A stretch of DNA of 64,000 nucleotides from a virus. Positions 38,722 to 48,922 of this stretch are shown here, piece after piece. Every line of letters begins with the position of its first letter. The first letter of the stretch is position 1. Made by a program: the position numbers and the translations under genes. Below the pieces are notes generated by a model that saw only the letters and a list, made by a program, of their open reading frames with translations, did no database searches and was not told where the DNA came from. Where the stretch lies: positions 8,472 to 72,471 of the IMG/VR virus record IMGVR_UViG_3300025674_007777; one strand, given 5' to 3'.

Positions 38722-40578
38722 CTACACAATTTCACATGCACCGCCAGCACATGCAATCTCACCTTTCAGATCTGTCTCATCTTCTGTTTCAACAATTCTT
38801 GAAAGATCCACATCAACAAGGCTCTGCATTAGCTGATCATATTGTTCTTCTGTGATGTCCTCAAATGGAGCCTGCTTATAAGTACCTCCCATATAAGGTA
38901 GTACTGAGAGACCATTATAAAATTCACGATTCTCCCACATCCAACTGCCTACAGCATCCCATTCATGTTCACGCACTGAAATGGTGGCTGAAATGTTATG
39001 ACTGTTAGCACCTGTTCTATGTCCTGGGCGAATCCAATCCTTTGTGACATGTTTCACTCGCTCCAACAATTGTAGAGGTGATTCTGTTCTGAGGATTGCC
39101 GTCTCAGGAGATTTCTGTGGTACTGATATCACAGCAGTGTCATGTGGTCTGAAATATTCATCTTCAATAAGCTCTGGATGATTTTCTACCAAATAAGAAT
39201 AAATTGCTTCATTCTTGCCAACACGTACTCTTCTGATATAGAAATCATTGTGCCATGCATGAATACCTGATGATGTTCCCAATGTCAATGATGTGGTTCC
39301 TGCAGGCTTAACTGTGGTACATCTTGCTGCTTTGTTGATACCGATGAGACCAGCAACTCTAACGTTCTCATCTTTCACAACCTTAGCAGCTTCCTTCATG
39401 TTATAATCCAATATAACACCGGAACCGATGCCTGTCATTGAAATACCTACCAATGCATCCTTCTCAGTGGTTCTTTGCCATACCGGACGCAGATAATGAA
39501 AATCTGTGTATCCTGCTTGTAATGTACCTATCAGAGATGCTGCACGTACTCGCTCATTCAGATCTTCCTGAGATTCAATATTGGAAACATTCACTTCAGT
39601 TAGATTACAGAACTGGAATGGTCTCAGTCCAATCTCACAACATGGATTTGTTCCCCAATCTTTGTCATTGGAAAGATAAATGCCAGGTTCGCCGGCTCCA
39701 CTCAACTCAATACGCTTCCAAAGATCCATGAAGAAATCTTTTTCCAAGCGATGGCGAAGTAACACAGCTGAATTATTGGCACGACCTCTCTGTGGATTGT
39801 TCTCCCACCAATTACCAGACTTGCATCCAATCATTTCATCATCATCTGCTGAGAACAAACTGATCAAAGCTGCTCGACGAATACCTCCTGCCAACACTGC
39901 ATCTGCAATGTGACAAATGATGTCATGCACTTCCAATGGAGTCAATTTATCACCGTTCTGCTTTTCATTCAGGATACCTTCCACTTTCACCAAGCATTCT
40001 CTCAGTGGCTGTGGTCCAGGTGCCTTACCTCCTGATGTTATGAGTCTAGCACCTTTTGGTCTGATGTCTGAAAAGTCAAACTTGATCTTTGATCCGCTAT
40101 AGAAATACGTCTTCACTAACGCCTTAACTGCATCAGCCCAACCTTCAATTGAGTCTGCAATCAGGAATCTTCGTGTACGAGCTGGATTAGGTTTGTTGAT
40201 CTCAGGTAGTTTGTCTACATGATGACGCTGGACCGAATATCCAACTCCTGTACCTCCTAACAATAGGAACATCACTTCACCAAATACTCTCCAATCATCA
40301 ATTGGTGCAAATGCACAATTGTATACACGGTTAGGTGATATCTCAATAGGCTTACCAGCAAACTGCATACTACGCATTGATGGTAAAACTTTCTTGTCAT
40401 ATACTAATTTATATGCCGTTTCAATTGCTTCTGACAATGCAGGGTATTTTTTCAAATGCATTGCCTTGTTCCGATCCACAAGTTCTGTCCATGTCTCTCT
40501 CCTGTTCTTTTCAGGCAGAAACTTAGCATACTTCATGTGTACGGTGATATCACTGAGTATCTGGGTAGATATATCCAT
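38722..40578 (-). CDS. nrdJ: Class II (adenosylcobalamin-dependent) ribonucleotide reductase
   Basis: YNCAF, GTGVG, TNPCCEI, VKPAGT, C-terminal CAGGACE; no small subunit nearby. Confidence 0.9.
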   Translation of the reverse strand: MDISTQILSDITVHMKYAKFLPEKNRRETWTELVDRNKAMHLKKYPALSEAIETAYKLVYDKKVLPSMRSMQFAGKPIEISPNRVYNCAFAPIDDWRVFGEVMFLLLGGTGVGYSVQRHHVDKLPEINKPNPARTRRFLIADSIEGWADAVKALVKTYFYSGSKIKFDFSDIRPKGARLITSGGKAPGPQPLRECLVKVEGILNEKQNGDKLTPLEVHDIICHIADAVLAGGIRRAALISLFSADDDEMIGCKSGNWWENNPQRGRANNSAVLLRHRLEKDFFMDLWKRIELSGAGEPGIYLSNDKDWGTNPCCEIGLRPFQFCNLTEVNVSNIESQEDLNERVRAASLIGTLQAGYTDFHYLRPVWQRTTEKDALVGISMTGIGSGVILDYNMKEAAKVVKDENVRVAGLIGINKAARCTTVKPAGTTSLTLGTSSGIHAWHNDFYIRRVRVGKNEAIYSYLVENHPELIEDEYFRPHDTAVISVPQKSPETAILRTESPLQLLERVKHVTKDWIRPGHRTGANSHNISATISVREHEWDAVGSWMWENREFYNGLSVLPYMGGTYKQAPFEDITEEQYDQLMQSLVDVDLSRIVETEDETDLKGEIACAGGACEIV

Positions 40579-40702
40579 GAATTCCTAATTTTTTAATGTT
40601 ATTTAATAAAGTGTTCGTCGTAACTAATTTGGCGTAAAAAGAACGATTTACTGCAATATATATACGTCATGAGAGCGTAGAATAGCCATTTGAACAACAA
40701 AA

Positions 40703-42058
40703 TCACCCGAAATCTTTTCCAATTGTTTCATTGTATTTTCGGGCAAGCAATTGTCTAGCCAACGTATTCCCATTATCCATTTGCTTTTGCGTCTGTTGAC
40801 CGTTAATGGACGTATCCGTATATATGTTAAATTGCCCGTTACTAAGATTCATCTTGCTTGGCAGTGTGATACCATCTGGACCAAAACGATTCTTGATGAT
40901 GTGCCAACGACCTGTTCCAGCTAATTTGTCCTCAACCTTTCTGGACAATGATATGATGAAATCTGCAACCATCACTTTACCATATGATTCAGCAACTTTA
41001 CTTGCATCAATTACATCTTCCTCCAATGCAGATCTGTTTGCCTGAGATGCTGTCCATACTGGCAATTCATATTCGCCGGCCATACCTCTGAGATCTTCAT
41101 ATATACTTTCCAGTTCATGTCGTTTCTCTGTCCCATTGCCTCGTAACAGGTCAGCATAGTCCACAATGATCACATCAGGCTTCTTACCTTGCATTATGCA
41201 TTTCTCAACATGAGCACGAATACCTAACACTGAAGTGGTCTTGGTTGGATAATGTTTGATGATCAGATCGCCATCTATCTTAGCCAACCGTTCCTTCACT
41301 TCAGACTGATAATGTTTCAGATTCTGATTTGCAATACCTGTTATCACAGAATCATATCTGAGACCTACATATGCTTCATTGAGCTCCAATGTATAATGCA
41401 GAACTGTTTTACCTTTCTTCACAGCAGATGCGCCAATGTTCATCAATGCCCATGATTTACCAATACCGGCCGGAGCAACCATCACACCTAACTCCCCTTT
41501 GCCTAGGCCGCCATCTGTAAGATCATCTATCACGTCCCAACCAGTTGATTGAACATGACGAACAGCGTCTGTATAACGTTCTTCAATGGCAGTCATGTAA
41601 TCATGTCCAATATCTTTGTCTGCTCCTGCTTTTAGAGCATCATCTATCTGAACTTTGATTTCTTCATAACGACCATGTTTGAGTAATTCAACACTGCTCA
41701 TGATGGCTTTCTTGATCTCCTGATTCTTACAGAAGTCCAAAGCCTGCACCTTTATGAACTCCAGATCATCTGATTCAGTGTACTTCCAGGCATCCTTCAA
41801 ATGGTCTTTGATCTGTGTAGCAAGAACATCATGATCAACATCATCCAGTTTCACTTTCATCACATCCAATGATGGTGATGCCTTATGCTCCAAATGATAT
41901 TTCAATACAGTGTCGACTATCCAATGATTAGCCTCTGACTCAAAATATTTCGGAGATAGGATATCTGCAATCTGTTGCAAAAATGTCTTGTCAGTCATCA
42001 GTGATGTGATCACCTTGATCTGAAATGAATATCCATAGGACGAAAGACGGTCGGTCAT
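40703..42058 (-). CDS. Replicative DnaB/gp41-like helicase
   Basis: APAGIGKS, LEL, VDYADL, TASQANR, KNRFG. Confidence 0.93.
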   Translation of the reverse strand: MTDRLSSYGYSFQIKVITSLMTDKTFLQQIADILSPKYFESEANHWIVDTVLKYHLEHKASPSLDVMKVKLDDVDHDVLATQIKDHLKDAWKYTESDDLEFIKVQALDFCKNQEIKKAIMSSVELLKHGRYEEIKVQIDDALKAGADKDIGHDYMTAIEERYTDAVRHVQSTGWDVIDDLTDGGLGKGELGVMVAPAGIGKSWALMNIGASAVKKGKTVLHYTLELNEAYVGLRYDSVITGIANQNLKHYQSEVKERLAKIDGDLIIKHYPTKTTSVLGIRAHVEKCIMQGKKPDVIIVDYADLLRGNGTEKRHELESIYEDLRGMAGEYELPVWTASQANRSALEEDVIDASKVAESYGKVMVADFIISLSRKVEDKLAGTGRWHIIKNRFGPDGITLPSKMNLSNGQFNIYTDTSINGQQTQKQMDNGNTLARQLLARKYNETIGKDFG

Positions 42059-42062
42059 ACGT

Positions 42063-42093
42063 TAAATATAATAAAATTTTTCAAATAATCAAA
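42063..42093 (-). promoter_or_regulatory. Bipartite early/middle promoter
   Basis: TTTG-N19-TATATTTA, 4 nt before the helicase ATG. Confidence 0.65.
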
Positions 42094-43138
42094 TGCTTCC
42101 ATAAGCATTTAGTGACATAAATGATGAATTCAGCCAACTGTCCAGATCTTTGATAACCGTGTACATCTTATCACGCATGAACATCTTCTTGAACTCCAGC
42201 ACATCCAGTTTCTGAATGTCCTGTTTACACATATTCAGAGCCAACATTTTGGCATTGCCATGAATATCCACTTCTTTGAGTTGCATCAATCTGTAATTCA
42301 GATCCAACTGATCTTTAGCAGCTGCCAACGTGTTCACAACTTTGTATTTGGAATCTTGCTGCACTGCATAGTCAATGATCTCATCAACTGACACTTCTCG
42401 GTCCTCTGTCAACATTGGAAAATACTTGATCAGTGATTTCAGGCCTACTCCTTTGATACCCTCAATATTATCCGATTTATCCCCCGTTATCGCCCTGTAC
42501 AAGAGGTAGTTCTTTTCATTTATACCTATTTCTTCTTGTAGAAGACTTGGAGTATATAAGCGCTTTTTGATGGGGCTCCATACACTGATTCTGTGATTAA
42601 CCAACTGCAGAAAATCTCTGTCTGTGGACACAATTGTACACTTCTGATGATCTTCTGTGTACACTTCATTTGCAATGTATGCAATGATGTCATCTGCTTC
42701 CACATTGTCAATGGACATGGTGGTAACTGGTAAACAGTTCAGATACTGTATCATTCGACCAAATTGCCGGCGCATACTTTCCTGTTCATCCTCCAATGAT
42801 GCAAACTCCTGATATCTGTTGAAAGCAGTTTTGTTTGCTCTATTGGCTTTGTAGTTCGAGTAAATGCTCTTTCTACGCTTGGAACCTCCCTTACCATCAA
42901 ACACAATGATACATCTGGTTGGTTTCAGTTGTCGTATCACTGCACCTATTGATCTGAGAAATCCAGTTACTCCTCCAATATGTTGTCCATCATCATTGAG
43001 AGCAGGAACGGCAGAGAACACTCTGATGAAAGTGTTCAATCCGTCTATAACCATTATATGAGAATTCTTATCTCTACCCGTTCCATCCTGCCGTTCCTGC
43101 TCAATCTGCTGAAGCAGCTCTTTATACCGTTTCTGCAT
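42089..43138 (-). CDS. 5'-3' exonuclease / flap endonuclease (Pol I N-terminal or T4 RNase H-like)
   Basis: IDGLN, VFDG, YKANR, EADD, STDRD, GDKSDNIEG. Confidence 0.93.
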   Translation of the reverse strand: MQKRYKELLQQIEQERQDGTGRDKNSHIMVIDGLNTFIRVFSAVPALNDDGQHIGGVTGFLRSIGAVIRQLKPTRCIIVFDGKGGSKRRKSIYSNYKANRANKTAFNRYQEFASLEDEQESMRRQFGRMIQYLNCLPVTTMSIDNVEADDIIAYIANEVYTEDHQKCTIVSTDRDFLQLVNHRISVWSPIKKRLYTPSLLQEEIGINEKNYLLYRAITGDKSDNIEGIKGVGLKSLIKYFPMLTEDREVSVDEIIDYAVQQDSKYKVVNTLAAAKDQLDLNYRLMQLKEVDIHGNAKMLALNMCKQDIQKLDVLEFKKMFMRDKMYTVIKDLDSWLNSSFMSLNAYGSI

Positions 43139-44274
43139 TAACCTTCTTCATTAACAAACTCTTCATCAATCTCGATGTCATCTACTCCAAAATCTTCTCC
43201 TGGCTTGTACTTCAGGATATATGCTTTACAGATGGCATCATAGATCTCTTGTTTCAATCCATCTTCTTCAGCTATTTTCTTCTCAAAATCTTTTGATAGA
43301 AACTTCACATCAGAACCATCTGTTCGAGTATATGTATACCATGCACCGGACTGATTAAGTAGTTTGTAGTCCTTCATAACATTTAGCCATCCACCGTAAT
43401 TGTCAATACCTGACTCAAAATAGATGTCATAATCGATTGACTTCAATGGCGGCCCCATTCTGTTCTTCACAACCTGAACTCTGGTCTTGATACCAATGAC
43501 CTGATCAACACCATCCTTCTTCATTTTGATCTGTCCTACTGATTTCAGACGTAATCGAACTGAAGCGTGGAATGGAATGGCCTTACCACCTGATGTTGTA
43601 TACGGATCACCAAATGCAACACCAAGTCTTGTTCTGAGCTGATTTGTGAATAACAAACAGATCTTTTCACGACCAATCATGTTAGTGATCTTACGCATAC
43701 CTTTGCTCAGAATGATTGCCTTGGAAGTGGCATAACCATCTTTGTCAAATTCTTTGGCCATCTCAATCTTAGTGGATGCTCCCATCACTGAATCAACAAC
43801 AATGGTAACGAGTCTGTCTTTACTGCTTTTTCGAACACCTTCCACAATGCTTTCAATTGCTTCAAAAACATCTTCAATGGTGTCCAAAGGCACATACAAC
43901 ATCTTCTCAAGATCCAGACCAATGGCTTCCAGAAAATCACGGCTAACTGCATTCTCAGTATCAATATATACTGCCAATCCTCCTTGTTTCTGAGTACTGG
44001 CCAATGCATGAGCTGCTAACAGAGACTTACCAGATGCTTCCAATCCTGTTATCTCAGTGATACGCCCGACCGGAAAGCCTCCATTCTCTCTGTTTGAGAT
44101 TGCAAGATCCAACATATCAGATCCTGTCGGAATCCATCCTCGCACTTCTGAAGGCGAATCAGTGTCCTGGTTAAGAAAGTAAGCTGTCTTGTAGCCAGTA
44201 TTCTTAAACTTCTTGTTTATGGCACTGGCGAGTTCTCCAGCCAGAGAGTCCTGTAACTCATCTTTAGACTTCAT
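43138..44274 (-). CDS. recA: RecA/UvsX recombinase
   Basis: GRITEITGLEASGKS, IDTE, VDSV, NQLR, SGGKAIPF, KNR. Confidence 0.95.
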   Translation of the reverse strand: MKSKDELQDSLAGELASAINKKFKNTGYKTAYFLNQDTDSPSEVRGWIPTGSDMLDLAISNRENGGFPVGRITEITGLEASGKSLLAAHALASTQKQGGLAVYIDTENAVSRDFLEAIGLDLEKMLYVPLDTIEDVFEAIESIVEGVRKSSKDRLVTIVVDSVMGASTKIEMAKEFDKDGYATSKAIILSKGMRKITNMIGREKICLLFTNQLRTRLGVAFGDPYTTSGGKAIPFHASVRLRLKSVGQIKMKKDGVDQVIGIKTRVQVVKNRMGPPLKSIDYDIYFESGIDNYGGWLNVMKDYKLLNQSGAWYTYTRTDGSDVKFLSKDFEKKIAEEDGLKQEIYDAICKAYILKYKPGEDFGVDDIEIDEEFVNEEG

Positions 44275-44287
44275 AAGTCCTCCTTAA

Positions 44288-45061
44288 TTAATCGTTAAAT
44301 AATTCATCAAATGCTGATGACACATCATCAACACGATTTACCGTCGAAGGCACTTCACCTTCTTTTGGTGCTGGAGGAATTCCGTCTGAACTAGCATCAG
44401 ATGATGCTTCTTCTGGATTCAACCATGTCTCCAAAGCTTCTTTGAGTTCATCATATGTTGGTTCCTTGAAGATCTCTGTGAGAGCCTGCTGATTCTTTGC
44501 AATCTGCTCAGCAACATTTCGATCTTCAGTCATTGGAGAAACATTTGGTTTCACTCTGATAGCTGTCTTAGGATATGCTCCTGGGCCTTCTGCCGGAGTG
44601 AACTCAACAACAATGTCACGTCCTCCCATTGGATCTGTGATGTCACCATAATCAGGATCTGCAATGAATCCTAGAAGTTCAGTGTACACAGTTTTTCCAA
44701 AGCCCCAAAATTTCACACCTTCAGATTCTTGGCCTCGAACGATGATTGGCGCATACACACGCATCTTTGGTTCCATCTTTTTGCCAAGTTTCCATTCATC
44801 TGAATTACCTGAAGCTTTGAGTTTCTCAGTGAACTCCACAACTGGATCAGCCTTGCCAAATGTTGTAGGAGACAGAAAGTTCTTCTTGCCTAAGTTGTAA
44901 TGAAAATAAAGTTCCTGGAATGGGTTTGCTCGATCATGCTGATAAGGCACAATTCTAATAACCTGCTTGCCCGGTTCTGGGCGCCATAATGTTTGACGGC
45001 GGTTGCCTGTCGTTTGAAGTTGATTAAGCTTCCTTTTAATCGCATCTAAATCAATTGCCAT
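44288..45061 (-). CDS. Single-stranded DNA-binding protein (gp32-like)
   Basis: W.P...IRIVP, FGKTVY, DITDP..GRD, acidic C-terminus FDELFND. Confidence 0.8.
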   Translation of the reverse strand: MAIDLDAIKRKLNQLQTTGNRRQTLWRPEPGKQVIRIVPYQHDRANPFQELYFHYNLGKKNFLSPTTFGKADPVVEFTEKLKASGNSDEWKLGKKMEPKMRVYAPIIVRGQESEGVKFWGFGKTVYTELLGFIADPDYGDITDPMGGRDIVVEFTPAEGPGAYPKTAIRVKPNVSPMTEDRNVAEQIAKNQQALTEIFKEPTYDELKEALETWLNPEEASSDASSDGIPPAPKEGEVPSTVNRVDDVSSAFDELFND

Positions 45062-45106
45062 TTTTCAATTCCTTTTTTGGTTAAACAATAAAATACTAAT
45101 CAATTC

Positions 45107-45138
45107 TTAATATAAGTGCTTAGATTCAAATATCCAAG
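45107..45138 (-). promoter_or_regulatory. Bipartite early/middle promoter
   Basis: CTTG-N20-TATATTAA upstream of SSB. Confidence 0.55.
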
Positions 45139-45172
45139 TCTTTTAATGGTTATTTTTTATTTTTTTTACAAA

Positions 45173-45181
45173 TATAAATAT
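45173..45181 (-). promoter_or_regulatory. Putative late promoter ATATTTATA
   Basis: Second motif upstream of SSB. Confidence 0.45.
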
Positions 45182-45183
45182 GC

Positions 45184-45570
45184 TTAAACATCCAATCGTT
45201 TGAGCATTTTCAATTTGATTTGTCTGAGTTGGTCACCATCCGTTAACAACAGAGAGTTTCTGTAGAGTTGCCATGGAATGATGAAACTCTTGTCCAGAAC
45301 ACCATTGTTACATTCCTTGATCACTGTGTTGAGAGCATTGATGCTATACAATGTGTTGCTCTCTTTCTTTCTGTGAATGGATATGGTGTTAGCAGATCTT
45401 CTAGGCGATGGTAACACAATGTTGTAGGTTATGTACAGATCATCTGGACGCTCCTGATCACAGAACAGAAACATACGATTCTCACTGAGGTCATATGTTG
45501 CAATGATATGTTCTGTGATGATGTCCTGATTGCGTCTATGTGCAAATGTACATAGTAATTGTGTTTTCAC
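45184..45570 (-). CDS. Hypothetical protein
   Basis: 128 aa, GTG start; HRKKESNTLYSINALN. Confidence 0.75.
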   Translation of the reverse strand: MKTQLLCTFAHRRNQDIITEHIIATYDLSENRMFLFCDQERPDDLYITYNIVLPSPRRSANTISIHRKKESNTLYSINALNTVIKECNNGVLDKSFIIPWQLYRNSLLLTDGDQLRQIKLKMLKRLDV

Positions 45571-45617
45571 CTACCCCATCCTTTTTTAATATATATGTAA
45601 ATTATATTGCAATATGA

Positions 45618-46883
45618 TTAATTCAGAGCAACACCTGGATTGGTATTATGCCACATAAAACTGCTTTCTGGTTTCTTTGAACCTAATGTAATGCTGCCAG
45701 CATCGACTACATCATCAATATCATCTCTAGTCACAACTATGAATGATGTAGACATATATTTAGGCGGTCTATGCTCATGAAAAATAATCGTATCAACATT
45801 GATCTTGTCCATATATGATTCCAGATTAGTTTTGGCCAATGCTCTACCAACATCGACTACATCATTATAATTCAGTGATGCATCAAAATATTTTCTTGCA
45901 ACAGAGTCTTTATTGAAAAAAATGTTCCCAATACCATCCTGTACATTATCAATGAAGTCAGCTTTTGATATAACATCGTTATCAACCAACAGTTCATATG
46001 CATTTTTTATGGCATATGCAATATTTCTGTTATCAGGATTCTTGAGAAATTCTTCCTTGGCTTCCGCATCAACACTCAACATATTAGATAAGAAATTATT
46101 TTTTATGTTAAGTTCTTTACCTCGACCAGCTTGTTGGCCTAGGCGACCACCTTTTCCTTTCAATTCAGTGGTTTGACCATCCACGACTATATCACCACCT
46201 GATGTGGAATTGAAAACATTGTCAAATAAAAGTATGAGAGCAATTTCAGCCGGTCCGGTCGCACTACCACCCGCATCAGCACCTGGTTGTATTTTTATCA
46301 GATTACTAATTGTTTTGTCATTTAATCCTGTCAATTTGCTGATATCACCTTTACCGGCAGCATCCCATTTTAAATCTTTAGGAGATTCAAAATATTCTAT
46401 CACTTCTTTGGCATTTGGTAGTTTTGCTATCTTATTAAAAATAATGTTAACAGCGTCTTGTCCAATCTGATAATTACCTGATGTGATATTTTTCTTTTCA
46501 AAATACTGAAGAACAGGTGCTTTGAATGCGACACTGTTGATGATCTGATTTATTTTAAAAAGATCCTCCGAATCAAGATCTGTATTGTTAATTAGTTTGA
46601 CAATGTCATCTTTTGAAACCTTATCATAATCTTCAGTTAAAACATCATCTGATATGTACTCATAGAACATTTCATTTTCTGATACTGGATCATTTTCTTC
46701 AATATCTTTTTCGACCGGTACTGCGTCTAAGAAGCCTTGATCTAAGATGTCCGGCGACTCCTTGATATGTTCTGATAACACTTCGTGGAAGATATGCATT
46801 TCTTCCGTGCTATATGGTGGTTCAGCATAGCCTTTAGGCAAACGGAAGAACCATTCCTGTATGACTTTTTCTTTGATGTCCAT
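45618..46883 (-). CDS. Hypothetical protein with possible PD-(D/E)xK domain
   Basis: GPAE...GDIVVDGQTTELKG; late-type motif at 46894-46902. Confidence 0.6.
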   Translation of the reverse strand: MDIKEKVIQEWFFRLPKGYAEPPYSTEEMHIFHEVLSEHIKESPDILDQGFLDAVPVEKDIEENDPVSENEMFYEYISDDVLTEDYDKVSKDDIVKLINNTDLDSEDLFKINQIINSVAFKAPVLQYFEKKNITSGNYQIGQDAVNIIFNKIAKLPNAKEVIEYFESPKDLKWDAAGKGDISKLTGLNDKTISNLIKIQPGADAGGSATGPAEIALILLFDNVFNSTSGGDIVVDGQTTELKGKGGRLGQQAGRGKELNIKNNFLSNMLSVDAEAKEEFLKNPDNRNIAYAIKNAYELLVDNDVISKADFIDNVQDGIGNIFFNKDSVARKYFDASLNYNDVVDVGRALAKTNLESYMDKINVDTIIFHEHRPPKYMSTSFIVVTRDDIDDVVDAGSITLGSKKPESSFMWHNTNPGVALN

Positions 46884-46901
46884 AGGATTTTTGTATAAAT
46901 A

Positions 46902-48245
46902 TTAGTTAATTCTTTTAGTCATGTCCTGCATTGTGTGAAGATCTGCCCCTGCTTTGATTTTCACAGGAAAGGCTCCTCGCTCTGACATCACATCTTTGAG
47001 TTTCAGTATCAGCTCTTTGCCATCTGTGAGAGCATAATCAAACAACATGCTGTCATATGTATATAGTATGAACTTGCTGTCATGACCTTGCAGTGTGTGC
47101 ATTATTCTGTGTATCACCGTTATGTTGTGTTCTGTTTCAGTGGCCTGCAGCATGTAATTGAACAGCTTGTTGGCATTCATGTCATCTGGCAAAGCATCTT
47201 TATGTAAAGGCCGTTCAAATATAGGAGTCATAACTTTTCCATTGGCTTTGAACTCTTTCCATAACTTCTGCACATAGTCATGGCATGCTGCAAAGAACGG
47301 AATGCTTCGAAATTCTTTGTCAATGTTTCCGTATAGCAGTCTGAAAGTGATCTGCTTGGAACGCTCATACTGTTCTTCTGTGAGATCATCACCGAAATAA
47401 TATTTGCCTAAATGTTCGTGAACAGATCCTTCTGGAAAGTTATATCCCAGTATCTTGGCAATGAGTCGCACATGAAATGCATCAAAGTCCATTTCCAACA
47501 GCATGCCTCTCTGATGTCTGCTCACAAATGCGCTCCTGCAACCATTCTCCTTGTTTAATGCAGCATAATTCACTCCTCCATGCTTGTTGGATGGCCGGCC
47601 TGTGGCAGTGTACAGATTGTATTCACTGAATGTCTTCGAAGATCTGGTTGCAGTGAAATGCTGTTCAAACACTGACCTGTCAATCTGAAGTCCAGACTGT
47701 TCAATGGCATGAAAGGCTGCAATGGACTGAGATTCATATTGCTGAAATGCTCTGCTGTGACGATGTGTTTCATAACTACACATGAACACTTCTCTCATTG
47801 CTCGGCAACGCTCCATATGCTTGGTCATTGGCAACCAGTCATAACTGTTTGTGGTTCCACTCCACCAGGCTCCCCAGGCATTGTGACATGCTGTGTTGCT
47901 GTCATCTAATGGCAGAGGCTTTCCTGTTTGCCACCAATGCATCATGTCAGCATCCACCGTTCTATACGGGTAGTATGCCATTAATCGCTTTCTGCCCAAT
48001 GCATAGATCACCTTGGAACTTGTAAGGTGTTGCAGAAGGTCGTTACTTTGGTTTACGCAGTCGAAATGATGGAATGGAACTATCCAATCCTGTGCATCTG
48101 TGATGGTGTATATGTAAATGAAACTCAGTCTGGTGTCAGCATAATGACGGAAAGCGTCTGAGAACATTGGAATCCAGAAACTATCTGATTCTCTGAGAGA
48201 TTCCTGCAATGACTTGATGTCGCCTGGATGTTCAGCTATTATCAC
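46902..48245 (-). CDS. Short, divergent family A DNA polymerase domain
   Basis: TATGRPS, MDFDAFHVRL (motif A), RSKQITFRLLYG (motif B), NYMLQ, YTYDS (motif C). Confidence 0.8.
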   Translation of the reverse strand: MIIAEHPGDIKSLQESLRESDSFWIPMFSDAFRHYADTRLSFIYIYTITDAQDWIVPFHHFDCVNQSNDLLQHLTSSKVIYALGRKRLMAYYPYRTVDADMMHWWQTGKPLPLDDSNTACHNAWGAWWSGTTNSYDWLPMTKHMERCRAMREVFMCSYETHRHSRAFQQYESQSIAAFHAIEQSGLQIDRSVFEQHFTATRSSKTFSEYNLYTATGRPSNKHGGVNYAALNKENGCRSAFVSRHQRGMLLEMDFDAFHVRLIAKILGYNFPEGSVHEHLGKYYFGDDLTEEQYERSKQITFRLLYGNIDKEFRSIPFFAACHDYVQKLWKEFKANGKVMTPIFERPLHKDALPDDMNANKLFNYMLQATETEHNITVIHRIMHTLQGHDSKFILYTYDSMLFDYALTDGKELILKLKDVMSERGAFPVKIKAGADLHTMQDMTKRIN

Positions 48246-48249
48246 GCAT

Positions 48250-48281
48250 TAAATATAAGAAGAATATCTCAATGCACCAAA
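48250..48281 (-). promoter_or_regulatory. Bipartite early/middle promoter
   Basis: TTTG-N20-TATATTTA, 4 nt before the GTG at 48245. Confidence 0.65.
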
Positions 48282-48920
48282 TTATTCATGAAATTCTGTG
48301 AGATCAGATAAAAAGTTTCTTAGACCAGGCATTTCAGTTTCGTTCACAGATATCACACGTCGATTTGTTTTACGTACTTCTTCTATTGGTCCTCTGATGG
48401 TCCAATCCAACTGTATTGTAATGTAAAGTTCATCATCGATACCTATTGCGTTATATTCATTCTCTGATAAAAATGCATTTGATGATATTTCTAAAATGTC
48501 AGGCTCATTTATCTTCTGAGCAAAATATCTCCTCATTATGCCATTACGTCGTTGCTGTTCATCTGGTACAGGATAATACATAGTAGGTGTCACATAATTA
48601 TAGAATCTAGTATTTGTCAAACTAGCATATACCAGATTGTTTTCAGGAACTGTATTAATAGTTTCCAGATTGGCATTTATTTCAGTTCTGAAATATCTTG
48701 TCAGAGGTTGTGACAGAGATGTTGGCACAGCTCCGGTATATACTGCTCCATTAGGATAGATGTGATAAAGTCCTATATATTCCACAGTTGGTACCAAATC
48801 AAAATCTGAACTAGGATCTTCCTGCATGATCATATATTCCTTACCATTTGTGAGTTGTCGCAGTATGATGCGATTCAATGGTGTATTCAATGGTCTTAGT
48901 CTGAATGATCTATCCGTCAT
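48282..48920 (-). CDS. Hypothetical (baseplate region) protein
   Basis: 212 aa; last gene of the tail run. Confidence 0.65.
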   Translation of the reverse strand: MTDRSFRLRPLNTPLNRIILRQLTNGKEYMIMQEDPSSDFDLVPTVEYIGLYHIYPNGAVYTGAVPTSLSQPLTRYFRTEINANLETINTVPENNLVYASLTNTRFYNYVTPTMYYPVPDEQQRRNGIMRRYFAQKINEPDILEISSNAFLSENEYNAIGIDDELYITIQLDWTIRGPIEEVRKTNRRVISVNETEMPGLRNFLSDLTEFHE

Positions 48921-48922
48921 AA

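Noticed and set aside
40579-40702. Possible cobalamin riboswitch or structured RNA upstream of nrdJ
   Set aside because: Only 124 nt, AT-rich, with no B12 box and only a weak GTTC/GAAC pairing; a covariance-model search would be needed.
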